IMG/VR virus record: IMGVR_UViG_3300021376_000236 | Coordinates: 1 to 31,020 of that record | Length of the DNA stretch: 31,020 nucleotides | Strand: one strand, 5' to 3' | Source of the DNA: a virus | Taxonomy: Duplodnaviria > Caudoviricetes | Part shown: positions 8,900 through 18,624 of the stretch, in pieces | Layout: each line of letters opens with the position of its first letter | How positions within the stretch are numbered: position 1 is the stretch's first letter | Translations under genes and position numbers: made by a program | The notes under the pieces: model-generated | What the model saw: only the letters and a program-made list of their open reading frames with translations | Database searches by the model: none | Told to the model about the DNA's origin: nothing

Positions 8900-9478
8900 T
8901 TATAATGGGAATGGTGTTGTTAACTGTACTAAGTTTTTAAGAATTGGAAGAGATGGACCTTTGATAGCACTCATAGATGTCATTTTTTGAATACTACCAC
9001 TATAAATTTTCATAATATTTACCGCTGCCTGTTGCATTTCACCATCAGTATATAGACTGATAGATTCACTCGTGTTTGCGGTAAACTTCTTAGTTTCTAC
9101 ATTTACACTTTCATTAGATATGATATTAATAACACCTTTAGATGCATCTGAACCACGAGCAATCAAGTCAATGTTTTCTGCTTCTAATCGCAATCTACCC
9201 TTAGTTTGAATTAAAATATCACTGCGGTCAGCATTAAACCACATTCCAACTTGATCTTTTGGAATATCATCTCCACACTTAACTTGATATCTACCACGAC
9301 ACCTAGATGTCATCCACCTTTTTCTTGGTTCTGTCTGATCAATAGAAATATATTCCAGAGATTCTTGTCCCTGAAGCATAATTGAGGACTTTACTTGATC
9401 TCCATGAATATGTCCAAAGGATATTTGTCCATCCTTTGTTCCTGTTCTTTTTGTTTCGTAGTTTTTAGATTTTGCCAT
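8900..9478 (-). CDS. Putative gp5 C-terminal beta-helix / spike-associated protein
   Basis: Repetitive beta-strand pattern (DILIQTKGRLRLEAENIDLIA, INIISNESVNVETKK) directly downstream of the gp5-like ORFs. Confidence 0.5.
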   Translation of the reverse strand: MAKSKNYETKRTGTKDGQISFGHIHGDQVKSSIMLQGQESLEYISIDQTEPRKRWMTSRCRGRYQVKCGDDIPKDQVGMWFNADRSDILIQTKGRLRLEAENIDLIARGSDASKGVINIISNESVNVETKKFTANTSESISLYTDGEMQQAAVNIMKIYSGSIQKMTSMSAIKGPSLPILKNLVQLTTPFPL

Positions 9479-9479
9479 T

Positions 9480-10652
9480 TTATCTTGGTACTATATCAAA
9501 TTGAGATTGTGGTAATATTTTTCCTACACAGTCCACAATAGACACTAATCGAGTTCCTGCAGGAATAACTCCAGGATCGGGAAGATCTGCTATTGCGGTT
9601 ACTTTAAGAACAGGAATGAGTTTTGCATTAAAACCTCTGGGAGAATTTATAATAATTTCAGGAAGATCAATAAAACCAATACCAGGATTTACAACTCTTA
9701 CTTGAGCAATCTCCCCCCTATCATTTATAACAGGTTCTAGAACAGCTCCATTGTCAGGGACAACTTCTAAAGTATCTCCAGGTTCATATCCAAATCCAGG
9801 ATTGTCTACAACAACTTCTTCAATTTCAGTAACTCCCGGATATGTTGGTATATTTTCAGGAATTGGTGGGATTGGGAGTGAAGTTACGGGATCTAATTGT
9901 GGTGGTAAATTTGGAAATGGATCTGGTGTTGGAGGGTAAAACGTATCTCCTGGAGGAAGATCGGGTGGTTCCAATCCATTAGGAACAACATAAAAACTAC
10001 CATCATCAGTTTCTACATATCCTTCACCAACATCTGCCCACACTCTACCATTTCCACCCAGTGCTCCATTAGGTGCAGGAAGATAACCATCACCGGGAGC
10101 AGTTACTACAATATTTTTAACTTCCAATCCTCCTTTTTGTGAATCATTTCCACTATAAGGTCTAGTTTGAACTCTTAAAGTTCCACCTGATCCATATCCA
10201 CATTCATCGACAAGATTTGCAAAAGGTGGAGTAAGATAATTGAATCCAGGATTGACAATATCAAATCCAATAATTGATCCTGAGTTAGGACTAATGACAG
10301 CATTTGCCATTGCTCCCATACCCATTCCACCAAAAAATTGAACTCTTGGAGGACCACAGAGTTGAGGATCTGTTGGACAACCTGGAGCATTTGGAAGAGC
10401 ATCAATAAGGGAAAGAGAATTTACTTGACTGATCAATAATTCTCTTTGATATCCATTACCATCTTGGTAGAAAAATTGTTGTTGAGGGTTTATCTTTGCA
10501 ATACAATTTGCTTCACTACGAGTCACATCATTAATCCTTGTCCCATCTTTATCATAAAAAGATACGCGAATAGGATCAACGGGATTTCTTCTAAACGATT
10601 TTCTATTTTTATTTTGCCTGTCTACACAGGAATCTCTAAATTGATCTGCCAT
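9480..10652 (-). CDS. Baseplate hub protein, gp5-related C-terminal portion
   Basis: CGPPRVQFFGG, IVNPGFNYLTPP, VDNPGFGYEPGD, VVNPGIGFIDLPEI and IVDCVG recall the C-terminal half of cyanophage gp5. Pro-rich linker. Confidence 0.6.
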   Translation of the reverse strand: MADQFRDSCVDRQNKNRKSFRRNPVDPIRVSFYDKDGTRINDVTRSEANCIAKINPQQQFFYQDGNGYQRELLISQVNSLSLIDALPNAPGCPTDPQLCGPPRVQFFGGMGMGAMANAVISPNSGSIIGFDIVNPGFNYLTPPFANLVDECGYGSGGTLRVQTRPYSGNDSQKGGLEVKNIVVTAPGDGYLPAPNGALGGNGRVWADVGEGYVETDDGSFYVVPNGLEPPDLPPGDTFYPPTPDPFPNLPPQLDPVTSLPIPPIPENIPTYPGVTEIEEVVVDNPGFGYEPGDTLEVVPDNGAVLEPVINDRGEIAQVRVVNPGIGFIDLPEIIINSPRGFNAKLIPVLKVTAIADLPDPGVIPAGTRLVSIVDCVGKILPQSQFDIVPR

Positions 10653-10653
10653 A

Positions 10654-11688
10654 TTAGAATAGAGTTAGATCATCTTTACCAGGTGGAATCTTTGCTTTTG
10701 AATCTGCCAGTGATTGATCAATGCCAGTATTATCTGAAGTAGATGTTCTAACATCTTGAGCAGCATTAGCACTTCCTTGAGAAACACCTGAAGAATATTG
10801 ACCAGATTGAGATCCACCTTCATCTGATGGTGTAGGTTGAGTTCCTGCACTTGGTCCAACAGGATCACCACCTTGGGGATTGTTTTGTCCTGCTCCAGAA
10901 AGAGTTATCTCTTGGACAGATGGACAAGCTTTATCATCATCACACTTAAAGAAATTAAGAATACCAGTAATAAAATCTAGTGCATTGAATAAACTATTTG
11001 CAAGTCCTGCAACTTGTGATAGAGCTCCACCAATTATTCCAAGAACAGATCCTATTGCAGATTCAATTGGTCCAAGAATTTGATTTAAAAGATTGCTAAT
11101 AAAATTTTCAGCCAAGCACATAGGACCATTGATAAATTTATCAAGCATTTGGAGTAGAAGATTACCAACGGTCTTTGCTAATCCACGAATGATTTTAGCA
11201 AAAGCACAAGAGAGACCATTCAAACCTTTACCCAATTTATCCAAGAAAGATGGCATTTCTCCTGGAAAAAGAAAAGGTAACGTCTTTTTAACTTGATTTT
11301 GAATCGTATTCATGACCCACCCACGAACACGTCCCATAATATTTTTTACATAACCAGCAATGTCAGTTGCAGAAAAATTGATAACTTTCTTAATAGACTT
11401 CCAAGGTTCAACATTTTCATTAGTCAACGCATCAAAAGCAGAATTTACATTTGAAAATCTTTTAATTTTTTCAAGATCATTCTGAAGATTTTTAATGACA
11501 CGTTGAATTCCTTTCATGTCACTATTATCAGATTTGCATGGACTTTGCACATCCAAAACTTTTTCAAGATCTAATTTTTGTTCCCATGCAGCTTTTGTAA
11601 TTTTATCAAAATCTACAGATCTTGACTTATCAATAGCCGATTGAAGAATAGAAGTAGTTGATGGTGATCCTGCTGTGATTACTGACAT
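10654..11688 (-). CDS. Baseplate hub protein, gp5-related middle helical portion
   Basis: Helical region SPCK..MKGIQRVIKNL...CAFAKII...PMCLAENFI...FFKCDD, lying between the gp5 OB ORF and the C-terminal ORF. Confidence 0.55.
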   Translation of the reverse strand: MSVITAGSPSTTSILQSAIDKSRSVDFDKITKAAWEQKLDLEKVLDVQSPCKSDNSDMKGIQRVIKNLQNDLEKIKRFSNVNSAFDALTNENVEPWKSIKKVINFSATDIAGYVKNIMGRVRGWVMNTIQNQVKKTLPFLFPGEMPSFLDKLGKGLNGLSCAFAKIIRGLAKTVGNLLLQMLDKFINGPMCLAENFISNLLNQILGPIESAIGSVLGIIGGALSQVAGLANSLFNALDFITGILNFFKCDDDKACPSVQEITLSGAGQNNPQGGDPVGPSAGTQPTPSDEGGSQSGQYSSGVSQGSANAAQDVRTSTSDNTGIDQSLADSKAKIPPGKDDLTLF

Positions 11689-11700
11689 ATCATTATTTCT

Positions 11701-12387
11701 TTATAAAGTTCCTGTTCTTCCAATTTGTCTTTCCTGCTCTATAAGATTCAGAGTTTCTTGATCTGTTACTATATCACCAACTTGTGGTCCTGCTGCTTCT
11801 CTTGCTGCTGTTCTTTGTCTAAGTTCATCAATAGTTAATGGTGTTTGTTGTGCTATTCTATATTGAGTGCTTGCACCTGAAGGTCTTTCGATAGGTTTAA
11901 TTGCCTGAAGAAAGTCAGGTACAAATGATCCAGTCTGAGGGTTGGTTCCTTTATATGTATCATTAAAAAGTTGAAGTCCTCCAGTCTCATCTTTTGGTTG
12001 AGACTTCTGTACGGCATTATTTGAATTGATTAGAATTCCATCAATGTAAGGTTCTTGTCCTGCCATTCCATCTAGAAAAAATCCAGTAACAATAGTTCCA
12101 GCGGAAAGTGATGGTGTATCTATGAATCCACCTAGACCAGAACCAGATGTTACTGGCATGACAACGTTTGCCATTGGTAACTGATCATCTGGAAGTTCTA
12201 AAGTATTTCCAGAATGTAAACCAAAATATCTAACACGATATCGATATCCCCAACCTTTTTGGTTTTCTGGATCAAAATGTGCTGCTTCAATATTATCTTG
12301 CCAGGAAACACTGGAAACTACTCTACCAAACCATCTAGGTAAAGCAGATACGGTTGATAAGTCAAAGTTTCCAGAGTATTGATTCAT
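11701..12387 (-). CDS. gp5: Baseplate hub subunit gp5, N-terminal OB-fold domain
   Basis: WFGRV...RYRVRYFGLH...LPDDQLPMA.VVMPVT...G..VTGFFLDG..GQEP.I.G is the gp5 OB-fold signature. Confidence 0.8.
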   Translation of the reverse strand: MNQYSGNFDLSTVSALPRWFGRVVSSVSWQDNIEAAHFDPENQKGWGYRYRVRYFGLHSGNTLELPDDQLPMANVVMPVTSGSGLGGFIDTPSLSAGTIVTGFFLDGMAGQEPYIDGILINSNNAVQKSQPKDETGGLQLFNDTYKGTNPQTGSFVPDFLQAIKPIERPSGASTQYRIAQQTPLTIDELRQRTAAREAAGPQVGDIVTDQETLNLIEQERQIGRTGTL

Positions 12388-12605
12388 CAGCTATCGTAAA
12401 CTCTACATTCAAGAGCGTCTGGATTCTCATCACAATACATTTCAAATCCAGTAGGATCATGATCAGTATCGGGATGATTTGCTTGATATCTTTCGAGGTG
12501 TTCTACTTCATCCTCTAAATGACGACGACGTTGCCCACTGGTATTGGGATCATCGAGTTGATCCTTGTCGTCATTAATATGTTGTTGGAGTGATCTATCT
12601 GTCAT
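12387..12605 (-). CDS. cp12: CP12 Calvin-cycle regulatory protein (auxiliary metabolic gene)
   Basis: C-terminal DPTGFEMYCDENPDALECRVYD with the Cys pair. The N-terminal Cys pair is absent, as in phage-type CP12. Confidence 0.92.
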   Translation of the reverse strand: MTDRSLQQHINDDKDQLDDPNTSGQRRRHLEDEVEHLERYQANHPDTDHDPTGFEMYCDENPDALECRVYDS

Positions 12606-12606
12606 T

Positions 12607-13938
12607 TTACTTAAAAGATTTACGGCCGATTGATTCTCTCACCAAGTTAAGCCTAGTGTGACATCCTGTTCTTGTTATTCGGTGACACACATCTACTATC
12701 ATATATATACCACTTTTCTTAGAACTATAAGTCTTTTCTTGTTTGTTTGAAATTTCAGCAAAGTCACAATGAACCAAATCACCAGCTCTTAAACTCATAT
12801 CACCAGCAATAGTAAGAGACATCTTGACAGAGAAAAGATTATTATATCTCATATAAGATTGTCTTAGAATCTCATCATTATTATAATTAACAAAAGTTGA
12901 CTTAGGAAGTTGTTCTTTCAAATTTTTACCAGCAACAATAAATCCAGGATCATCCCATTTATAAGATATCATTGATACTTGTTCTTGAACTTTGAGATCT
13001 GAGGCAATTTTTGGTTGCTCTTTTCCTCCAGTATTATCTTCATTAAACTGATTAGATGATTCAAAAGGATTTTCTCTGTATGAACTTTCATAAGAGTTAA
13101 CTGCTTTCATTTTAGCAGCTGTTTGTGATCCAGTTGTTAATGCACTCTTCATATCAAATGAATTATCAAAACTAAAATCTAATATTTTTGCATCATATCC
13201 TGGAGGAACTTCCCCAATAGAGTTTGTAAAAACTAATTTCCTTTTCGGTTCTTGATCGATAAAAAGTTTATCAATTGATTTAAATTTAAATCCTTCATAA
13301 GTTTCATAAAAGAAAAATCCTGCAAAGTTTCCTTTTGCATCTTTAATGTCAGGAACTGATCTCGCACCTAACCAAGCACACTTGTAAAGAGGTAGTCCTA
13401 ACGGCCTGAGCCCAGTTCCAATAAAACTCAAATTATTCAATGTAGGATCAATATCTACTTCTTTTTCCGTCTTTAAAACTTCAGTAAGTATCTTCTCTAC
13501 TGAATCAGATATCTTTCCATCAAATCTTTGTCTTACTCTATATTGTTCTAACTCATTATTAATTGACTCTTTTGAGAATAAGTCGATTGTGAAAGCCATC
13601 TTATTTGTACTTTCCTCAATAGCTCTTGTTTTATCAATCCTTAGTTGTTTGTCTCCAGTAAAGTCCAAAGAAAATCCATAACCATCATTCATCCTGAGTT
13701 GAACTTTTTCACCAACTGTTAGATTAATACTACCATCTTCAAATAAAGAAAAATCTTTGCCACCAGCATCTACAATAGTTGAAGTCACCCTAACAGTATT
13801 ATCCAAAATACTCTCATAATAATTTAACTCATAAATACTTTCCGATGGAATTTCTAAACTTCCAGAATAGTTTGAGGTAATCTCAAATAAACTTATTTTA
13901 GATTCTCCTGCTTGTGCTGCAATATTTGCTGCTGGCAT
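12607..13938 (-). CDS. Baseplate hub protein (gp27-like)
   Basis: YYESIL, GFFFYETYEGFKFKSIDKL, IAGDMSLRAGDLV, SGIYMI..VCH, TRLNLVRES; position just upstream of gp5. Confidence 0.7.
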   Translation of the reverse strand: MPAANIAAQAGESKISLFEITSNYSGSLEIPSESIYELNYYESILDNTVRVTSTIVDAGGKDFSLFEDGSINLTVGEKVQLRMNDGYGFSLDFTGDKQLRIDKTRAIEESTNKMAFTIDLFSKESINNELEQYRVRQRFDGKISDSVEKILTEVLKTEKEVDIDPTLNNLSFIGTGLRPLGLPLYKCAWLGARSVPDIKDAKGNFAGFFFYETYEGFKFKSIDKLFIDQEPKRKLVFTNSIGEVPPGYDAKILDFSFDNSFDMKSALTTGSQTAAKMKAVNSYESSYRENPFESSNQFNEDNTGGKEQPKIASDLKVQEQVSMISYKWDDPGFIVAGKNLKEQLPKSTFVNYNNDEILRQSYMRYNNLFSVKMSLTIAGDMSLRAGDLVHCDFAEISNKQEKTYSSKKSGIYMIVDVCHRITRTGCHTRLNLVRESIGRKSFK

Positions 13939-13944
13939 TTAATC

Positions 13945-16236
13945 TTATCCTCTGAAATTATTCATACCACTACTATTTACTCCACCAATTACTGGAAATG
14001 AAGTTTTACTTCTGTTCATAGACATAGGAACTGGTTTTTCAATAATTATTGGTTGAATTATCATCATAGTTCCACTTTCTGAGTATGATGGATATGATGA
14101 AACTGATGATGTATTTTTCTTTTCTGGTTTTTCTATTGGAGGAACTTCACCACCTCCCTTCATTCCAAACCAACCACGAGGATCCGTTGCCCATCTCTTT
14201 GGAGTTAATCCTTTTTGAACTTCAGGATCTTTTAAAGCTTCAGCGTAACTTCCATAAGTTTTTCCAGTTGTACTTGAATAATATTTACCTTTAGAAGCTG
14301 CATATTCTTGAGCAGCTTTATCTGCAGATTGAGATGTTGGTGTAGATTTTGCTGAAGATTGTTGAGAATTTTGATTTAATTTAGTTCCATAAACTTGTTG
14401 AAGCTTTCCCAAATCTTTGTATCCTTGACCATAATAACTTTTTCCACCTTTGGGCGAATATGGAAATGAAGCCCACTGAGTGGCTATTTTATCAGCCACA
14501 CCAACACTTATTCCCTCTTTTCTTAACCTTTCATCAGTAACACCTAAAGTATTCAAAATATGAATAGCCATTTTATCTTGATTAGCTGGACTAAATTTAT
14601 CAACTTCTGGGTTCAATCCAGCAGCTCTAGCTTGATTGAGTGGATTTAAAAATTGATATCTACCTACAACGGCTGATCCAGTGACCTTAACTTTACCAGA
14701 GCTGATAAAACTTGTCTGTAAATCATGTATCTGTCTGATAGTCAATCCAGTTAAATCATCAGGACCATGTTTTTGATATCCTGCCCAAGTGCTGTATCCA
14801 GTATTACCTTCAGCAAAAGCAATTGTGTCCAAAGCAGCTTTTTGTGATGGTGTGCCATATCTAGTTGAGCTAGATGGATTTGATTTTAATAAATCTTGTT
14901 GTTCACCAGAAACTCTAGCATATCTTTCAGTTTCTTCCTTTGTCCATTTCTTTGGAGTGAATTTTCTATTACCTTTTTCATCAACGGTAACAAAACCCTC
15001 TTTACCTTTTTCTTTAGCAAGTTGTTTAACCTGTTCGGAAGGTTTAACCTTAACATCTCCACCAATTCTAAAAACACTATCTTGATGAGGTCTTGGATCT
15101 ATGAATCCACCTGGATTCCATCCGTCCCATTTAGTTGCAACTTTAAAATCTAAGTGAGGTCCAGTAGAAAATCCAGTATTTCCTATTGTTCCAATAACTG
15201 GAGCATTTCCTGCGCTTGCACTTATCTTTTGGCCCTTCTTAACATATATGTCTTGAAGATGATTGAACATGGAATATGTTCCATCATTATGTTTTACTAA
15301 TATAAAATTACCATATCCACCATTATCTCCCATAGCTGCTTCAACTACTTCACCACTTTTTATCAAAGAAATTTTAGTTCCTTCAGGATAACCATAGTCT
15401 ATACCCGTATGAGGTTTTGGTCTAAACCTTTCTTGAGAACCATAAGTGCTTGTAATTACTCCTTGAGAAGGAATAATACCTCCGCTTACTTGTGATGGAG
15501 GTGCTTGAAGAGTAGATGGTTGAGATCCTTGACCTGGTTGTTGTGGAAGTTTGGAAAGAGTTCCAGTTGAAGGTGAAGTTTTTTGTCCTCCAGGTGCACC
15601 GGGAGCTCCAGGTAATGCACCAGGTTGAGCTTGTTGTTCGGGAGGTTGTTCAACAATTCCAAGTAAACTTAATACACCTCCAAAGAAAGAATCAATATCT
15701 AAGAGAACATTATTCAAAGCACTTTGAAGTTTTTGAGAATCTCCTGTACCACGAATTACATCCCAAGTTTTATATCCTATGTCAATAAAAGTCACAAACC
15801 CATCAAAAATTCCAAAAGCAATTTTTGAAAAAGCATCAATAACTTTTACTGACCCCATTACAATATTTGAAAGTGGTCCACTCAGTTCACCAAAATACTT
15901 TGAAAAGGTATTGTATAACCATCCAAAAGCCATAAAAATTAAAAACTTTTGAATCGTATTTCTTCCAGGAATTGCATTAGCTAATTTACCAACACCTCTC
16001 ACAATAAATTTACCAGCCTCAATTTTATTTTCCTTTTCCTGTCTTTGATTTTTTTCTTCCTCTATTTTCGTTGTACTAACACTTCTTTGTCTGATTGATA
16101 AGATCTTTTTTAGAGATCCATCAATTTGTGTTAATTTTTCTTTAGCTACTACAGATCCTTCCTGATTAATTTTTGCAGTTCTATTAAAAAATTTAATAGG
16201 AGATAGTGTTGGTTTATTTGGTGATTCTACTGCCAT
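13945..16236 (-). CDS. Virion (hub/tape-measure-associated) protein with M23 peptidase and lambda-R-like lysozyme domains
   Basis: M23 motifs HTGIDY, GGYGN, NHL, GNTGFSTGPHLDF; lysozyme motifs ALDTIAFAEG, AVGRYQF, FSPANQDKMA, WASFP. Confidence 0.8.
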   Translation of the reverse strand: MAVESPNKPTLSPIKFFNRTAKINQEGSVVAKEKLTQIDGSLKKILSIRQRSVSTTKIEEEKNQRQEKENKIEAGKFIVRGVGKLANAIPGRNTIQKFLIFMAFGWLYNTFSKYFGELSGPLSNIVMGSVKVIDAFSKIAFGIFDGFVTFIDIGYKTWDVIRGTGDSQKLQSALNNVLLDIDSFFGGVLSLLGIVEQPPEQQAQPGALPGAPGAPGGQKTSPSTGTLSKLPQQPGQGSQPSTLQAPPSQVSGGIIPSQGVITSTYGSQERFRPKPHTGIDYGYPEGTKISLIKSGEVVEAAMGDNGGYGNFILVKHNDGTYSMFNHLQDIYVKKGQKISASAGNAPVIGTIGNTGFSTGPHLDFKVATKWDGWNPGGFIDPRPHQDSVFRIGGDVKVKPSEQVKQLAKEKGKEGFVTVDEKGNRKFTPKKWTKEETERYARVSGEQQDLLKSNPSSSTRYGTPSQKAALDTIAFAEGNTGYSTWAGYQKHGPDDLTGLTIRQIHDLQTSFISSGKVKVTGSAVVGRYQFLNPLNQARAAGLNPEVDKFSPANQDKMAIHILNTLGVTDERLRKEGISVGVADKIATQWASFPYSPKGGKSYYGQGYKDLGKLQQVYGTKLNQNSQQSSAKSTPTSQSADKAAQEYAASKGKYYSSTTGKTYGSYAEALKDPEVQKGLTPKRWATDPRGWFGMKGGGEVPPIEKPEKKNTSSVSSYPSYSESGTMMIIQPIIIEKPVPMSMNRSKTSFPVIGGVNSSGMNNFRG

Positions 16237-18443
16237 TATCCTATACCATAGATATTAGCGTTAATTGACCTAACCTCAGATCCATTTGGCGACTCTGCCG
16301 ACATACCAGGAGCCACACTTCCCTTACCTTCAGATGAATACTGTTGACCACCAGAAATTACTTGTGGGGGTAATGTCATCATACCACCAGTTCCAACTTT
16401 AGGAAGAGGGGTAGGAGTATATCTATCTATTTTTGGTTTATCAATTAATTTAGAAGGATTGGAATCTGAATCAGTTTTAGCGACTAACTGATCTATCAAA
16501 TTTTTACCAAGTAAATCAACAGTTCCCTTAGGAAGAATATATTCTCCTGGTTGAACTGCTATTCCTTGAGTATCACTAGCATTTGGAGGATTATCAATCT
16601 CTATTCCAGTATGATCTCTGATCATTCCACCACCCTTCATTCCAAACCAACCACGAGGGTCTATTGCCCATCTTTCTTGCTTCGTTGGCTTGGATTTGGC
16701 AGGTTGGGTTTCTTCCTTCTTTGGTTTTGGTTTCCGTATAACTTGTTCTAGTTGTTCACCAACACTATATCTTCTGTCTAAATGAGCAACTCCAGCCTTT
16801 TCATACCTTGTAAGGAATGCTTCAGTAGCTTCTTGAACTGTTTTTGCGGTGTTAATAATATATTTTACTTCTCTATATTCTGGATGATTATTTAATTCAT
16901 GAAGAATGAAATCAATCTGAGTATTTAAATCATTCCATGGCTTTCTTCTAGATTTAGCAAAAGATACCAAATTAATATTATCAGTATCATATCTTCCACC
17001 TTGTTCCCATTGAACTAATCCTCTTCCTGGCCCTCCATCTTGTTGCATAGTAGATGGATCATAAGTATACCCAGTTTCTACTCCAATATTAGATACAATA
17101 CCCATTGCAGCAGTTGAAGTAAGTCCACCAGATATTAGTCTATTGTAAATATGAAGTGCTTTTTGGTTTATAAGAGAATTTTGTTTTCCAACTAGACCAC
17201 CTGTGTTGAATTTCATCATTTTGGGTTGATTGGCATCGGGACCTCCATAAAGTCTATTCAATGTTAAGAATACTTCAGCCCCGATTGCATTTACAGTTTC
17301 TTTATTGATTACTACTTCACCCTCAGTCAACATGGCTGGAACTTTATCAATTCCTTTTGGACCAGACACTAAACCACCAGAGGCATATCCCGCCATACTT
17401 CTACCAACATCAGCTCCCAAAAATCCCAAACCAATTGGTCCAGGAATAGCAGATCCAGCAGCTAAAGCAGCTCCACCAAAATCACCTTGAACTGCTCTAA
17501 CTCCAGCCAATCCAAGACCAACTGCAGTTTGAACTCCAGGAATAACTCTAGATGCTCCTTTCAATCCAAATCTTCCAGCAAATCTAGAAAGAACTCCTCC
17601 AGCTTTACTAAAGATAGGCCCAAGAGCTTTAGAAGCCAATCTAGCACTAAATTGTAAAAGACTTCCTGTAAGTTTAAAAATAAATCCCCTAAGAGGTCTA
17701 ATATAGAGTGCAAGCAAAAGAGGCCAAAAATCTTTTAGGAATCTACCAAGAGATTGTATTTTTTCAACATTACTTGGATCCTTTAACCACTCAACTAATT
17801 GTAAAAATATTTTACCAAGAAAAATAAATTTAATAAATCCAAATATTTTATCTAAAATATTCTGAAATGGTGCAACAATTTTATTAAAAGTATCAGAAGC
17901 TTTTTGAACTATATTAGATTTACTTTCTGAAGACTCTTCTTTAATTCTTCTAGATTTCTTTTCTTGATCAAGAGCAGCTTCACCAGCTTTTTTTATCTCA
18001 AGTTCATAAAGATTATTTACAGTCTCAAGTATTGAAGAAAGTGTTTTATTTAATTCAACAAATTGATCTTGAGGTATAGGTTGCTGTACAACTTGTTGTT
18101 GTGGAACTTCAGTAACTTGTTGTCGTAATTCTGCGGTTTTTTGAGATAATGCTAAGAGACCAGCACCAGGTAAAGATAATTTTTTAGATACAATATTACC
18201 AACACCACCAAGACTATCTACAGTTATCTTTTTGGGTTCTGGTTTAAATCTTCCTTCAATTCCCCTTATTCTTTTTCTTTCATTTGCAAGAAGTGCAAGT
18301 TCTTCTTGAGGTAACTTATTTGCACCTTTAATCATAGCCTCCCGAAGGAGAGTCATATAGGTATCATAATCTAAGTCAAAAACGTCCTCAAGACCCAGTA
18401 GCCTTAAAATCCTTTCATCAATTTGTTCGGATACTGGGTTCAT
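16236..18443 (-). CDS. Virion (tape-measure/hub-like) protein with phage tail lysozyme domain
   Basis: Coiled-coil and hydrophobic N-half; GGLVSGPKGIDKVPAMLTEGEVV; tail lysozyme motifs AAMGIVSNIGVETG, GRGLVQW, TQIDFILHEL, FLTRYEKAG. Confidence 0.75.
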   Translation of the reverse strand: MNPVSEQIDERILRLLGLEDVFDLDYDTYMTLLREAMIKGANKLPQEELALLANERKRIRGIEGRFKPEPKKITVDSLGGVGNIVSKKLSLPGAGLLALSQKTAELRQQVTEVPQQQVVQQPIPQDQFVELNKTLSSILETVNNLYELEIKKAGEAALDQEKKSRRIKEESSESKSNIVQKASDTFNKIVAPFQNILDKIFGFIKFIFLGKIFLQLVEWLKDPSNVEKIQSLGRFLKDFWPLLLALYIRPLRGFIFKLTGSLLQFSARLASKALGPIFSKAGGVLSRFAGRFGLKGASRVIPGVQTAVGLGLAGVRAVQGDFGGAALAAGSAIPGPIGLGFLGADVGRSMAGYASGGLVSGPKGIDKVPAMLTEGEVVINKETVNAIGAEVFLTLNRLYGGPDANQPKMMKFNTGGLVGKQNSLINQKALHIYNRLISGGLTSTAAMGIVSNIGVETGYTYDPSTMQQDGGPGRGLVQWEQGGRYDTDNINLVSFAKSRRKPWNDLNTQIDFILHELNNHPEYREVKYIINTAKTVQEATEAFLTRYEKAGVAHLDRRYSVGEQLEQVIRKPKPKKEETQPAKSKPTKQERWAIDPRGWFGMKGGGMIRDHTGIEIDNPPNASDTQGIAVQPGEYILPKGTVDLLGKNLIDQLVAKTDSDSNPSKLIDKPKIDRYTPTPLPKVGTGGMMTLPPQVISGGQQYSSEGKGSVAPGMSAESPNGSEVRSINANIYGIG

Positions 18444-18622
18444 GTTATCCCTTGTTGCAACTTGTGTTTGAGTTCTTCTTCTTCCAGATGATCCTTAAGG
18501 AGTCCGACATAGATATCTCTCTCCCAAGGTATCATATTTTCAATCTCCGTTAATGAATATTTATGATACTGCATTAACGCAAAATTAAGTTTGAAGTAGT
18601 TCTCAAGGTCCATGTGGACCAT
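18440..18622 (-). CDS. gp51: Baseplate hub assembly catalyst gp51
   Basis: YFKLNFALMQYHKYSLTEIENMIPWERDIY motif, directly after gp26. Confidence 0.88.
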   Translation of the reverse strand: MVHMDLENYFKLNFALMQYHKYSLTEIENMIPWERDIYVGLLKDHLEEEELKHKLQQGIT

Positions 18623-18624
18623 AC

